Shown here one piece after another: positions 12,502-27,730 of a stretch of 64,000 nt of DNA; the first letter of the stretch is position 1, and each line of letters begins with the position of its first letter. A program made the translations under genes and the position numbers. The notes below the pieces were generated by a model. It was not told the origin of the DNA and searched no databases. It saw nothing but the letters and a program-made list of their open reading frames with translations. Location of the stretch: the NCBI GenBank assembly GCA_964016885.1, contig OZ024743.1, positions 54,250,001 through 54,314,000 on the forward strand. The letters are read 5' to 3'. This DNA comes from Eledone cirrhosa (Eukaryota).

Positions 12502-12570
12502 GCAGAGAAAGAGTGAGTGATAGAGTGACTCTGTCAGCGTGTGTGTATGTCTGTGTGTGTGTGTGTGTGT
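12022..12570. repeat. (GA)n and (GT)n microsatellite cluster
   Basis: Pure GA run 12022-12100 followed by degenerate GA/GT runs. Confidence 0.95.
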
Positions 12571-12918
12571 ATGTGGTTCTTGTTCTTTTACTTGTTATTG
12601 ATGTTGGTGTTCTTTTCCTACTCGCAATTTATTTCAATGTAAATTTATATCTGTCTTTGACGGTCTTCGACTAAAGCACGCCATTTGTCGCCGATTCTAG
12701 AAGCATTAAAACGATTTATCACTGGTGTTGTTTTGGTAACGAAAGATTTAGCATAACGTTAGAATATGGAATAACGGGATGGTGTATGTTGATTCCACCA
12801 GTGGCAAGAACTAAACTTTCAAAATTCCCTTTGGTAATTCTTGAAAAGAACATAAGATATTCCTAACGTAGATGATAAATGTCGCCAGGGGAATACAAAT
12901 AATAATATCAACAACAGC

Positions 12919-12959
<41 letters not shown>

Positions 12960-13659
12960 TAATAATTAATAATAATAATAATAATAATCATGGCATCTTA
13001 GAAATAATAACGTCGCTATGTAGGAATTCAAGAAACAGATAAAAGTCCGAGAAATGATGTATAAGGTGTCAAAGGAATGTAAAAGACGAGAGACGATAAC
13101 TTTGAAATAAAGCTGGAACACTGGAAGGCAGCTGAAGACTATGGATGTAATAAAAGCTATACATATTATATGATTGCATTATTTCACCACTTCCCCGTGT
13201 TCGTAAATGGGTAAAAATACGATAAGAATCCAGGAGAAAAGTAAAAACACGAAATTGTTTGCAAAGTGTAAATGAGTACACCGAAAAACATGCAAGTGAG
13301 CTGTACATACTCCAATATGGAGTGCTTGGACAAGCAATTAAATCTGTCCATGGTACCATTGCGTTAAGAAAGCAAGGAGTAAACCTTAAATGGAAAAAAG
13401 TAGGAGATAAAGCAAAAAAATCATTTTAAAATCACAAGTTTTAAAACACCAATCAGTTTGTAATGTGTACATGAGTATACATGAGCTAATAATTCCTAAT
13501 GAAATCATAGGGCTGCCCTTATGAGAGATGGCGTCTATTGAACATTTTAAATTTGACAGAACCCACCCTTCTTCAGATCTGAACATAGCTGGTTTCTTTC
13601 ATAGAAATAGAAATCATATTGAGATGATGGAAAAATTAATCCCAATATTGGTCTGATAC

Positions 13660-14135
13660 TCCACTCGAAACGATGAAAGTCAAAGTTGATCTCAGCAGGA
13701 TTTGAACTCGGTACGCAGAGAGCCGAAAAAGGCCAGCAATTTTGATAGGAGAGATAAGTCGATTATATCGATGAGAATGCTTGATTGGTACTTAATTTTA
13801 TGAAAGGCAAAATTAACCCCAGTGGGAACTGAATTCAGAACGTAAAGGATCGGTGACTAAATGCCGCAAACTACATAATCTGACGACTAAGGATTCTACC
13901 CATCCCTCACACTCCAACTGTATATATATTGTTCTCAAGCATTGGCTCAAGGCCAGCAATGTGGTGAAAGGGAAAAGTCGATTATTTCAACCCTAGTACT
14001 TAACTAGCACTCTATATTATCGACACGAGAACGACGAAAAGGAAAATTGACCACGGTGGGATTTGAACTCAGAACGTAGAAAGTCGGTATTAAATACCGT
14101 AAAGCATTTTGTCCGACGCTCTACCAATTCTGCAA
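13660..14135 (-). mobile_element. Cluster of about 3 old MetaSINE-like copies
   Basis: Repeated GATTTGAACTC (B-box complement) and ATGAAAGGCAAA motifs. Confidence 0.65.
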
Positions 14136-14980
14136 ATTTGTTCAGGGTATAATAGCTGTAGGGATTACTAAGACAAATAAGCGGAAAAAAAACATGAAAT
14201 ATAGATAAACCAAAGGCCATTTACAAATGACAAATATTTACTCTCTAAAAGTAGTACCCACATAGTTTTGGTGGTATATCAAAAAAAGGGAGCCGATCGT
14301 CAGATTGAACCAAAGAAGTAGTGTTTCTAAGAAGAAAGCAACGTGAAACAAAGTATTTTGCTCAAGGACACAACGCACCGCCCAGTTCAGTAATGGAGCC
14401 CATTACTTTATGAACTTGAGTCAAAAACACTAACGACTAGGTCACGTGCTAAATTAAGCAATCAGGTAAAAAGAAAGGAAAGAGTTATTTGAAGTAAAAA
14501 TTCTTGTTCAAGGAGTTTGATTCCTGAACCGTACAGCACGTCGTACTGTCAAAGACAACGTCGTTCAACTCTAGTGTATACTTATACTCACCAACTCTCA
14601 CTAATAAATGTAATATCTCCGTACTTCTTACTCTTCTAAGGTTCCTTATATTCATTACAACTTTCTGGATACTGACTATAACAAGGGCCAGGGACTGGGT
14701 ATTCAAAGCTCTAGGTTTGCCCTACAAGGGTATCCCCTTTCTCCCAGTTATAAGTTCCATTTTCCGAAATAAAATAATTTAAACTTATTAGTTGACCAGC
14801 TGACACACCTAGATTGTGATTCATCTTGCTCTGATCACACTAAGAACATTGTTACACATTACCAATAAAAATATGTTCAAGACCATTAAACATTCTACCA
14901 GATGTAAAGGCATTTATTGAAAATCATTTCTCAAGAAAAAAGACTACCATTCTTATTCCTCCATATTAATATTTCCAAAA

Positions 14981-15164
14981 GGTGGTGGATTGGCAGTATC
15001 GGTAGAGGGTCGGACGCCATGCTTTCCAGCATAGTTACGTCCCTTTATGATCTGAGTTCAAATCCCTCCGAGGTTGACTTTACCTTTCATCCTTACGGGG
15101 TCGATAAAATAAAGTACCAGTAATGCACTGGGTAATTGCTGGACTTGTGCCTAAAGTAGAAACA
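14981..15164 (+). mobile_element. Full-length MetaSINE-like SINE with 15-bp TSD
   Basis: A box TGGCAGTATCGG, B box GAGTTCAAATCC, core; TSD ATTAATATTTCCAAA at 14965-14979 and 15165-15179. Confidence 0.88.
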
Positions 15165-15820
15165 ATTAATATTTCCAAATACTATTTATGGTGGATCCTA
15201 CCCACTAGCTCCAACTAACACTACAAATCTTATTCACCTTTAACAAATCTCTACTAGCCATGTTACTTTCTGTATAGCAACGGTTTTTTTTATTTTAATG
15301 AATACTGGAATTTGGTGTCTATATAGAACCATCTCTTTTTAAGACTTATGTCTTTGATCTAACTTTCCGTTATTCTAGTTGTTCATGTCCCATAAACTCG
15401 CATTTCTCTAAATTCACTTGTTGACTCTATCACTTTCTCAATTCTTCCAACTACCTGATATATCTCATTATGCATTGGGTACATCTATTTTACTCAATGT
15501 TTTTCTGAAGTTTAGATCCTTGTTGATTTCAATAGAAATCCTCTTGGCTCCCACTGGTCTGAACTTCTGTAAAGTAATTAGTATACCCATCAGCTCGTAT
15601 TTTTAACCGAAATTGTGACATTCTCACGACCCTTCACCATTTTATTACATTATAACACTACAGTTATCCAGCTATTACCACATGCGTCTCTACCTGGTTA
15701 TTTTCCCTGTCCATAAATAACCAAGGCAACCCACCTGACACATTCTTATCACCCATCAATCTACTACCCCCAAACACTCTGATCTTTGCTTGCGGTTTTC
15801 TTTTGCTTACCTTCAAATAG

Positions 15821-15985
15821 ATGTTTCTACTTTTGGCACAAGGCCAGCAATTATTCCAGTGCATTACTGGTACTTTATTTTATCGAACCCGTAAGGATGA
15901 AAGGCAAGTTAACCTCGGCGGGATTTGAACTCAGAATGCGTCAAAACATGGTGTCCGACGCTCTACCGAAACTGCCAATCCACCT
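15821..15985 (-). mobile_element. MetaSINE-like SINE
   Basis: Reverse complement of the 14981 family. Confidence 0.82.
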
Positions 15986-16559
15986 TCAAATAGTGATGCC
16001 CAAAATTAGATCCCGTTTTCGGCAATTTCTCTTTCTTATTACACAGAAACACCCACTTGTATGAAAACATGAAAGTGTGATCATGGAAACATAAATATAA
16101 AAAAATCTAAGATTATCTATTAAAGGAGGGGTTAAAAGCTTAAAGCTCAAATAATTGGAATAAATATTGAAAGGGCGCATTTATATAGACGTAACAAGGA
16201 TTATACACATTTCTATACATAATGCTATTTAACAGCTGCCAACTTTGGTAAGGTAAAATAATACAGAAACCAAAAACATGAATATAATAAAAACAAAGGT
16301 TGTTTGAGAATTTGGCTGCTGGGAATGATAAGATTAATAGATTTTGACAACATGATTGACTGGTAATATACGCTCACTAATTCCTTACTAGTCACTACAC
16401 TTTGGTACGTTTATGTTGCTCACGGGATAGTCACATTCATTAACCAACCAACCTTGTTTCCAATTTCCCTGCCAACCACGCTATATACAATATTACTATA
16501 TTAACTACATTTATCGCTCAACACCTCAGATTTTTAAATACGAAAAGATGTTCAACTAT

Positions 16560-17376
<817 letters not shown>

Positions 17377-17379
<3 letters not shown>

Positions 17380-17466
17380 GGTGTCCAAAAAATGCATACA
17401 CACTTTCATTACCTGTATAGGCAATATTTATTAGAATGATGTGTATACACATTTGGCGGCATCCTG
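17377..17466. mobile_element. Tc1/mariner-type MITE (90 bp)
   Basis: Imperfect TIRs CAGGGTGTCCAAAAATGCATACAC / GTGTATACACATTTGGCGGCATCCTG, TA on both flanks. Confidence 0.7.
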
Positions 17467-17753
17467 TATATATACCTGTTCGTGAAAGTGGAAATACGAC
17501 GTGTGTATCATCATGCATTAACTAATGTTGTTTCAATTTCCCTGACAACCAATCTATATATTAGATTACCTCCGTTAATGGCCATCACCACAGATTTCAA
17601 ATACCTGGAGAATTTTCAAAATATGATGCATGCATGTGTGTGTGTGTGTTTGGCTCTGTGTGTGTGTGTGTATGTGTGCGCGCGTGTGTATGTGGTTGTA
17701 AGTGTATGAGTGTGTAGCAGGCACATATGATAAATGTATCATATATAGAAATG

Positions 17754-17812
<59 letters not shown>

Positions 17813-18178
17813 TCACCTTAACACGGCTTCATTTATACTGAGTTCACCAACCCTGCATATGTTCTTATGTTAATTCCTTTTAAATAATAACAAACATTTT
17901 CCATAGGTGGTACTGGTCATAAGTTAGACAGTAAACTTTATACTTGCACCGTAATTACCTCCCTTACCAAATTATACTTCTTTCACCGGGTTTATACCTT
18001 TAATATTTAAATTTAATATGCATGGCGATGTAAAACTATTATTTTACCCTATTAGTGTCTGTAATTAAAAACTTTGCCTTTAATATCTGCCTCCGACGAG
18101 CTCCATTGGGCGAAACATGTGTAAGAGCTATATAAAGATATGTTTTAACGGCTTGTAACTCTTTCATTAATTTTTTTG

Positions 18179-18243
<65 letters not shown>

Positions 18244-18549
18244 GGCACCCACTGATGAATTATAGGAGCCCACTTGAATATATATCTATTGATGGTATGC
18301 AAGCTCCTACATAAATTGGTATAATTTCACCCAAATTGTAGGAATCCTATAATGAAACGAGACGTCCGTCTGGGAAGAGATATATTACTTATGTCTCATA
18401 TGAAATAATACAGCCAATTTTCCACGGAATACTTTTAGTTAGCACCCCGAACGCATAATTGGGAATATAATCACTTACTTATTTCCTAATGTTTGTTGAG
18501 TGAGTTTGAATTTGGCCGGACTATCGCTAAAAAGCTTTCTCCGATATTG

Positions 18550-18773
<224 letters not shown>

Positions 18774-19630
18774 GTATTGCTATATAGACTCCACTATAAC
18801 AATGAAGAGGCGGATTTTCTGGTCTTCACGATGGTCCGACTTCCACACCGATCTCAAGCTGTGGCACGCCGCCCAGGCTTTGCTCTTCCTCTCAACCACA
18901 TCATCTTCCGTATTCCCAATCTTTACTCGCAAATACAGGAAGCCCTCAACCAATTCTAGCGGCTTCCCGCCTACATTACTGAGCCCCTCTGGATTCTCAA
19001 CATTCTCTACCATATATTTTGTTTCAGTCTCATTCATTCTCAGCCCCACACTCATCGACACAGTCTCAATCTCCGGCATCAAATCCTCTTCCTCCTTCAC
19101 TGTATTTGTCACCAAAACTATGTCGTCGGCAAATTCAGCATCCGATATATTTTTCTCCTTAACTCTCCTGCTCTGAGCCGGTGCTACAGTAAAGCCAGAG
19201 TCCTGGTGTTTCTCCAGGTCTGAGACTTGGACACTGACCAAGAAAGTCACTCAGATGGTGGAGGGGTGCTACACGAGAATGCTGAGGATGGCTCTGAACA
19301 TTAATCAGTATACACTGAGGATGAAAAACTCAGAGCTGTATGGGAGCATCCCAAAAGTCAGCTCAAAAGTAACACAGAGGAGACTGAGGTTGGCTGGACA
19401 TGCTCACCGACATCCAGAGTTGACATTGCACTCAGTGCTCCTGTGGGAGCCCCTACATGGACACACTAGAAGAGGAAGACCAAGGTTAACGTATGTTGAT
19501 GCCCTAAGGACAGACACTGGTCTGTTGGAGACGCAGGACATGGCAGCGATAATGAGGGACAGAGACCGCTGGAGAGAACTCGTCCATGGATCTCGGGAAT
19601 TTTACCCGCCTTAGATAGAGTGATAGATAT
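18774..19630. mobile_element. 5'-truncated RTE-like LINE with internal inversion
   Basis: Minus strand ~19219 to 18774 encodes [18 protein letters not shown]; plus strand from ~19219 continues SETWTLTK..GCYTRMLR..LRLAGH..RGRPRLTY..RDRWR; TAGA-type tail. Confidence 0.88.
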
Positions 19631-19631
19631 T

Positions 19632-19767
<136 letters not shown>

Positions 19768-19880
19768 GTGTTACAATTGTTTCGCCGGCCGACAGCTCGA
19801 GACGTGATCATTGTGTGGATTTGTCTGATTCTGGAGCCGCAGGTTCGACGGACACGACTATATATATACATATATATGTA

Positions 19881-20017
<137 letters not shown>

Positions 20018-20048
20018 CGCAGGCAAATATGGTAGGTACATCATTTTA

Positions 20049-23000
20049 TCTAATATATATTTGTGAAATGGGTCGTGGTTGAAATTCAGTTGTGCACGGT
20101 TAAATGGTAGTAGACGTGGTCGGACGGACATGAAAATTTACACACCTATGTAAAAAGTGCCAAGGAAGCAAATAGACGAGGTTTCAAATCTCCAACTTGA
20201 ACAATGTGGTCCCTGGGGCCCCAAAACGATCTATTTACTATCGATTTCGGTGAGTTATTTCCCCCTGTTCTAATACTTGGATGAGTTATTTTCCGTAGAC
20301 GCTTTCAATATTCATTGTCTTATTTACAATTTCATACAAATTTTTTAACTCATCAATTTTTTCATAACATATCAAACGACGTTCTTTCGCTGTTAACATA
20401 CAGTACCCTTTTATGAAATCGATTCTGCAGTACCATTTTACGAAATGCCAAACCGAAAACGGTCACTGTTTTCCATCAAAAGAAATAAAAACCTTAAATT
20501 GCGAAGAAGGGAGGCGTGTTCTCAGGTACGTTTTTTCCGATATCATTTTTATTTTAATTCTAATACATGTTAACCACCACTAACAGTAGGTAGTATTTTT
20601 CAAAGTCAAATGAACGGTTTAAAGAATACATGCGTGTAAACTTAATGAATGGGATCTATAAGCCTTTGGGTTGCCCAGTTAATTCATTCAGTTTTTTTTT
20701 TAATATTCATTGTAAACTTAATGAATGGGATCTTTAAGCCGTTTGGTTGCCGAGTTAATTAATTCAGTTGTTTTTTTAAAATATTCATTGTCTTATTTAA
20801 AATAACATATCAAAGACAACGTTATTTCGCTGTTAATAAACTGTTGTCTTCTACAGTACGTTTCATTTTCATTTTTCAATTACAGTTGCTCTATATTAAA
20901 TTTAAATACTTCTATAACGATCATATAGTTCCGATTTATGAAATCGATTCTGCAGTAGAATTTTACGAAATGCCAAACCGAAAAAGGTCACTGTTTTCTA
21001 ACAAAAGAAATAAAACCCTTACATTGCGAACCCCCTGTTCTAATGCTGGGGTTAGTTATTTCCCCCTATTCTAATAAACGTCTAATATATAGAGGCCCTC
21101 TTGCTAACCAGGGCAATCAAAGTATAAACTATCATACAAACCTTCATAATTTGCATTTTTAAACTTGCATATCATCGACATTGCTATTTCGCTGTTAATA
21201 AACTATCATCTTCTACATTTACAGTTATTGCTATTATCCTGTTATAACTACTTCGATGGCTAATTCGCCATCATGTCTTCTTTTAATATTGCTTTTCCAT
21301 TATAATGTTGAATAAGATGCCCACACACAGCTAATAGATCACATCCATGTCGGTTTTTTTTTTTTTACCCATTTAGGCAACCTCTCCTTATGAGCAGCTC
21401 CATCAGCACCAAAGCACAATTCTGGAGGAGACGTCAGAGGCAAGGGAGTCCCGTCTTTTTTCTCAGCTCATTCAACCACAACGCTCACGTTTGGCGGAAA
21501 CTTCAGGGGTAAGGGAGGCCCACCTTGCTGATCGCGGCACTCGACGTCAACAATTACTTCTCAACGAGACTGCGGAGGCCAGAGAGGCCCGTTTACAGGA
21601 CCTGCTCACTCGACGGCAACAATCACTTCTCAACGAAACTGTGGAGGCAAGTGAAGACAGGCTGGCATCGAGACGGCGTAGACGTCAGGAACATGCTGCT
21701 GCTACAAGGGACACATTTTGGTCAAAAGCTGGCTTCAACTACAATCCTGCTTATGACTACGCCAATCGCACGGATATGACTCTTGGAAAAATGGACAAGG
21801 TATGTCAGTTCTGTGAGGCTAAGAAGTGGGTAGGTGAGGCTCCAGGTCTTTGCTGTTCCCGGGGAAAGTTTCGACTTCCGGCGTTGGCTGATCCTCCTCA
21901 CTTTCTCCAATATCTTCTCATCGATAACTCTACCCACGGAGTGCACTTTCGCAACAACATTTGGAGGTACAATGCTTGCTTCGCTATGACATCTTTCGGT
22001 GTAAGGGGTGGCAGAAATAAAAGAACAAGCACTGACGACACTCCTGTCGCCAGTACTTCTTGAAACAACGACACAAGGCTGAGAGAAAAACTCTACACCT
22101 ACAAAATTCAAGGGCAGTGGTACCATCTAATGAGAAGCCTTCGACCACAACAAGGAGAGGAACCGAAATTCTTGCAGGTATTCTTCATGGGTGGGAATGA
22201 TGAGGAGCTTTCCCACAGATGCAGGAATAATTCTCTTATTGACCGAATCATTATTGCGGAACTTCAAACCATGCTCCACGCAACCCATCCGTACGTCCGC
22301 GAACTGAAGAGTGCTTTCGATCTTTTGGACTCAAGACCTGAGATGAAATTGGTCATCAGAGCTGACAGACCTCCTGCTGGTGAGCATCCGGGATGTTTCA
22401 ACGCTCCAACTACCAATGAGGTAGCAGCGATCATGGTTGATGAAATTCATGGCAAACGTGACATCATCATTCAGCACCGCGATAACAGACTGACGTTCGT
22501 GGCGGAAACCCATTGGTCCTACGATTGTTTGCAATACCCATTGCTGTTTCCCTACGGCGAGGATGGGTACTATTTGCAGATACATCAAGTTAACGCGACA
22601 AGTCTTAATCCTTTGCCAAAAAACATTTCCAGTATGGACTTTTATTCATACAGACTTATGGTCAGAGATGGTCAATTCAACCAACTATTGAGGTTCAAGG
22701 AGGTGACAAACCAGTTCTTGGTTGATATGTACGCCAAGATTGAAGTGGAACGTCTTTTGTACATACGTACCCATCAGAGCGAACTAAGAGCGGTTGATTA
22801 CGCTCATCTTCGGGATGCTTTGCAGCGTGACGGTGACGCAACCAACATTGGACATCGGGTGATCCTTCCTTCAAGCTTCACTGGCACACCCCGGTACATG
22901 CATAAACGGACACAGGATGCCATGGCGTATGTCCGTAACTTTGGGCGGACAGATCTTTTTATTACCTTCACATGTAATCCAAATTGGGTGGAAATTAAGG

Positions 23001-26000
23001 AGAATTTATTCGCGCGCCAGCAGACGAGTGACAGGCATGATATTACAGTCAGAGTTTTCCACGGTAAGTTGAAAAAACTGATGTCCTTGCAGAAAGACAA
23101 GAACATTTTCGGACCACTCAATGCTTGGATGTATACGTGGAATGGCTGAAGCGGGGTCTTCCACACGCACATATTCTCATTTGGTGCAAAGAACGAATCA
23201 GACCTGCGGACATTGATCGAGTTATATGTGCAGAGTTGCCCGATCCCGATATTGATCGCAGCTTCACAGCATCATTCTTGCTAATATGATACATGGACCC
23301 TGTGGTGCCCTCAAAAGCAAAAAATCGTGTATGGAGGGCAACAAGTGCACCAAACACTACCCTAGGGCCGTCTCGAAGGAAACTTGCACTGGGGTTGACG
23401 GCTACCCCATCTACCGGCGGCTTGCTCCTGATTTTGGCGGCCGTACAGCTATGGTTACGAGGGATGGGATAACATACGAAGCTAACAACAGCTGGGTAGT
23501 GCCTTATAGCCCTTTGCTTGCTAAAGTTTTCAATTCTCACATCAACGTGGAGTGCTGCACATCTGTCAAAAGCATTAAATACATTTGCAAATACATCAAC
23601 AAAGGCGGTGACATGGCGGTGGTGGGCCTCGTGCAACCGACAAACGAAATTAATCAATACGTGATGGGAAGGTACATTTCGTCCAATATGACGGCCTGGC
23701 GTGTTTTTGGACTTGAGATTCACAAGTGCTCTCCTACAGTTGTTAACTTGGATGTTCACTTACAGAATGGACAGTGTGTTTATTTCACGGAGGAATACGC
23801 CACACTTGCTGCACAACAGCCACCAGAGACGACTCTTACAGCATTTTTAAAGCTTTGCTCTGTCGATGAGTTTGCACTTACCCTCTTTTACGTCGAGGTA
23901 CTACTTCACTTGGTCGAACAAAAATTGGTATCGGTGGCGACAGGGGGAGGCAGTTGAGAATTGGGCAGGTGTATTCAAAAGTAATGCCATCGGACGTGTG
24001 TACAACGTTCATCCGAAGCAACAGGAATGTTTTTTTTTTAGAATGCTGCTCCATCGAATCAAAGGATCCAAGTCATTTGCAGACCTCAGACTTTCAGACG
24101 GCTACATTTGTTCCACTTACAGGGAGGCTTGCGTGAAGCGCGGGCTACTCGAGGACAATGACCACCTGAACATGGCATTGACAGAAGCTGCTGAATGTAA
24201 AATGCCACGAGAAATGCGTCGTTTGTTTTGCAATATGTTACTGTTCTGCAATGTCGGTGAGCCACTTAAGCTATGGGAAACGCATAAGGACAGCATGTCA
24301 GAGGACATCCTGCGTAGAGTACGAGCAAGGGCACCAGCGGCTGACTTTCATTACAACGTCAATGTATACAATGAGGCCCTCATTGACATGGATAAACGTC
24401 TAAGATCTGCTGGAGTTGGCGGTGTATTAGAATTCGGTTTGTCACAACCTGTACATAAAGACGGTGCTTTGGATGTGGAGTTTATGCTTGAGTTGAATTA
24501 CAACATCGAGGAATTGACAGATAATGTTGCACAAGATGAACCCAGACTTTTGCCTGAGCAGAGACGGGCGTATGACAGAATTCTTGCCAGTGTCATTTCA
24601 AATGAGGGACGGCTATTCTTCTTGGATGCTCCAGGCGGAACAGGAAAAACCTTTCTCATAAACCTACTGCTTGCGAAGCTGCGGAAAGACAGGCAGATTG
24701 CTTTAGCGGTTGCTTCAAGTGGTATTGCGGCGACACTGTTACATGGCGGTTGTACGGTACACTCCGCATTCCAATTGCCTATGGACCTTGCAAAGAAGGA
24801 GAATCCTACCTGCAGAATAAATCGTGGTGACTCTAAAGGATACCTTCTTTCTGAGTGCTGTTTAATCATTTGGGACAAGGCTACAATGAGTCACAAGGCA
24901 ACGTTTGAGGCTCTAGGCCAAACTCTCAAGGTCTTGCGTCGAAATTCACACGTAATGGGTGGAGCGACAGTACTGATGGCTGGCGATTTTCGGCAGACTC
25001 TTCCTGTTATCACTAGAGGCACTAGAGCTGACGAAGTTAACGCATGCATCAAGTCTTCCTACCTATGGCAGTATGCCCAGAAACTAAACCTGACTACTAA
25101 CATGAGAGTGCATGTGCATGGCGACGCAGAATCTGAGGATTTCTCAAAACAGCTACTGGAAGTTGGTAATGGAACTACACCTGGAATCGATGAACAGCAC
25201 ATCCGTCTGCCGTTTGGAAACTTTGTATCAAGCATAGAGGAATTAATGTCATCTGTTTTCCCAGACCTCGAAGCACGATTCCTTGATCACAACTGGCTGC
25301 AAGGGAGAGCTATTTTAGCACCACATAATGCCACCGTTGATGCAATGAATCAACACCTGCTTGATCAGATTCCAGGAGGTGAAGTCTCCTTCAAGTAAAT
25401 TGACACCAACAAAAACGCGGACGACGCCGTCAACTATCCGATTGAATTCCTCAACAGTCAACAACCTCCCGGACTTCCACCTCATGACCTTAGACTGAAG
25501 GTTGGTGTTCCAGTTATGCTGCTAAGAAACATGGAACCACCAGAACTATGCAACGGGACGCGTCTGATCATCAACAAAATTGGGACACGAATTCTTACGA
25601 CAAAAATTCTGAGCGGACAGTCTGCTGGCGGGACAAAGTTATTATCCCCCATAAGCCTTAGTCCCTCTGACGTCCCATTTGATTTTACGAGACGGCGGCT
25701 TCCCATAAAACTTTGCTTTGCAATGAGTATCAACAAGGCACAGGGACAGTCGCTGCAAGCAGTTGGCCTAAATCTGACACAGCAGGTATTTAACCACGGT
25801 CAACTATACGTCGGGTGCTCACGCATCAGCAGTCCACACAATCTCTACTTTTGTGGTAATCCGGGTAATACCAGGAACGTTGTCTACAAAGAAGCACTGC
25901 AACAACACCTTTGAAGCTTCCACCATTCCTCTTCCGTCGCCACTCAACGTCTCTCAACGCTTTTCACGTTGCTCCACTTCTCATTGTACGCCGTCCAGCC

Positions 26001-26122
26001 CCAAGTGCATATTTCTATTTTTTTTCCTGATTCTGCTTCTTTATAATAAACTTTCAACAATATTTTTCAAATTATTAACTTAATAAAAAGTGGCCCCGGG
26101 TGCAACCGGGCTCAGCTGCTAG
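20049..26122 (+). mobile_element. Helitron, complete termini, disrupted RepHel
   Basis: 5' A|TCTAATATATAT; 3' GC-rich hairpin CCCGG..CCGGG followed by CTAG|T; encloses RepHel ORF remnants. Confidence 0.92.
21491..25914 (+). pseudogene. Helitron Rep (HUH)/PIF1 helicase with stops and frameshifts
   Basis: STPR-like ETxExRExRL repeats, Zn motif CQFC..CC, LFITFTCNP, KRGLPHAHILIW (frameshifted, ~23148), KYICKYINKG, DAPGGTGKT, GDFRQTLPV, FAMSINKAQGQS, HGQLYVGCSR. Confidence 0.93.
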
Positions 26123-26197
26123 TATATATATATATATATATATATGGGGGTGTGCGTGTGGAGTGTGTGTGCCTGTGTACGTGCGTGTCTGTACATT

Positions 26198-26236
<39 letters not shown>

Positions 26237-26650
26237 CAGGCACATGATAAGTGTATCATCATAATAATTGTCTGCAACACCTTGTTGTTTGCATGCATTT
26301 ATTCTCAGCTTAATGTTCCATGCTGTTTCTCATCAGTGTGTTGGACATTTGACCTCTAGGCTGACCTTTTTTATGCCGCTGTCACTTGTCAGGTGAAGAC
26401 AGGCTTCGAACGTAATGCTAAACTCTTCCATATGACATCATTCATTATCATTAATAATTATATATTATTAGTATTATTATTAGTATTATTAATAATAATT
26501 TAGATCGATGCATGGCAGAATCGGTAGGGTGCTTGGTGTGTTTTGTTTGGATTGAAATACCACTGGGTTGACCTTGCTGTCATTCACCTGGAGTCGATAA
26601 AATATGTATTAGTCATGCACTGGAATCAATTTAATATCTCCCTTTCTCTC

Positions 26651-26682
<32 letters not shown>

Positions 26683-26737
26683 ACTCTCTCTCTCTCTCTC
26701 ACTCCCTCTCTCTCTCCCTCTCTCACTCTCTCTCTCA

Positions 26738-26770
<33 letters not shown>

Positions 26771-27028
26771 TATACGCACACACACACACATGAACACTCT
26801 AAGCATCACATACACATACTAGCACACTCGCAGGAGCACACACGCTCACACTAACAGATTGGCAGGAACACATTTACTGGAACATACGTGAGCACACACA
26901 CGGTCATGCAGACCTCACATGAACACACGCACACAGACACGACCACACTAATACGAGCAAGCACGCATACATACACAAGCATCCATACACACACACATAC
27001 GTGCATGGACACCTGCACACTCAAGAAC

Positions 27029-27085
<57 letters not shown>

Positions 27086-27228
27086 TCTCACACACAGATA
27101 CACACACGTACAACACCACTGATGGATCTATGTGACCACTCGTAATGATCGATTTTCTATTCTTGCTAGCGAATCCCATAAACATAACGTATATATATTA
27201 ATGGCACCCAACAAATTCCTAAGATATA

Positions 27229-27450
27229 CGAGGGGATGTTGAAAACATCCTGGCTTTAAGGGTATCAGAAACGTCTGACTGGAGGCCCAACCTTCTGAGG
27301 GTTTTTTTTTGTACAAGGCATAGAAAAACTGAAGGACCGCAGCAATAAGTGTGTGAATCTGAGTAGGGAATATGTTGAATAAAATCATAATTAACTGATC
27401 CTCCTGCATTTTGTTTTATACAAAGCCATGAACCTTTCAGCACCCTCTCG
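27229..27450 (+). mobile_element. Internally deleted mariner element
   Basis: TA|CGAGGGGATGTTGAAA..TTTCAGCACCCTCTCG|TA TIRs; residual C-terminal NKCVNLSREYVE* typical of mariner transposases. Confidence 0.8.
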
Positions 27451-27559
27451 TATATACATGTATATGAGTTAAATTATTTTCCCAAACCTATAATCCCTGT
27501 CTGCTTCTCTTCGTCGAATGTATAATTGTTGAATGTAAACAGTTACTTTTCGGCGTTCT

Positions 27560-27730
27560 GCCTTAGTTACGTTTACTCTTTATGGATGATTGGACGACAA
27601 AAGTTCTCCATTTCGCATGTTCGCAAGCTGTGTAATTGGGCATTGCTACCAATCTAAGCCGATTTCTGCCAGGTCTTTCTCCACAGCCATCAACGGCATT
27701 TGGACAGGTCTCCCTTGCTTCCTACGCTAA
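27560..27730 (-). mobile_element. RTE-like LINE 3' remnant
   Basis: Minus strand RRKQGRPVQMPLMAVEKDLAEIGLDW. Confidence 0.55.

Noticed and set aside
13015-13570. Possible R4/Dong-like RT remnant after (AAT)n
   Set aside because: Too degraded to assign by eye.
14981-15075. tRNA genes
   Set aside because: A and B boxes belong to SINE heads with a downstream core, tail and TSD; no cloverleaf.
22001-22076. Intron removing the TGA in Helitron Rep
   Set aside because: Splicing GTAAGG..CAAG would shift the frame; the flanking ORFs are already in frame, so a nonsense mutation is simpler.
21525-25736. Antisense and alternative-frame ORFs within the Helitron and LINEs
   Set aside because: Shadow ORFs of the TE coding strand with no independent motifs.
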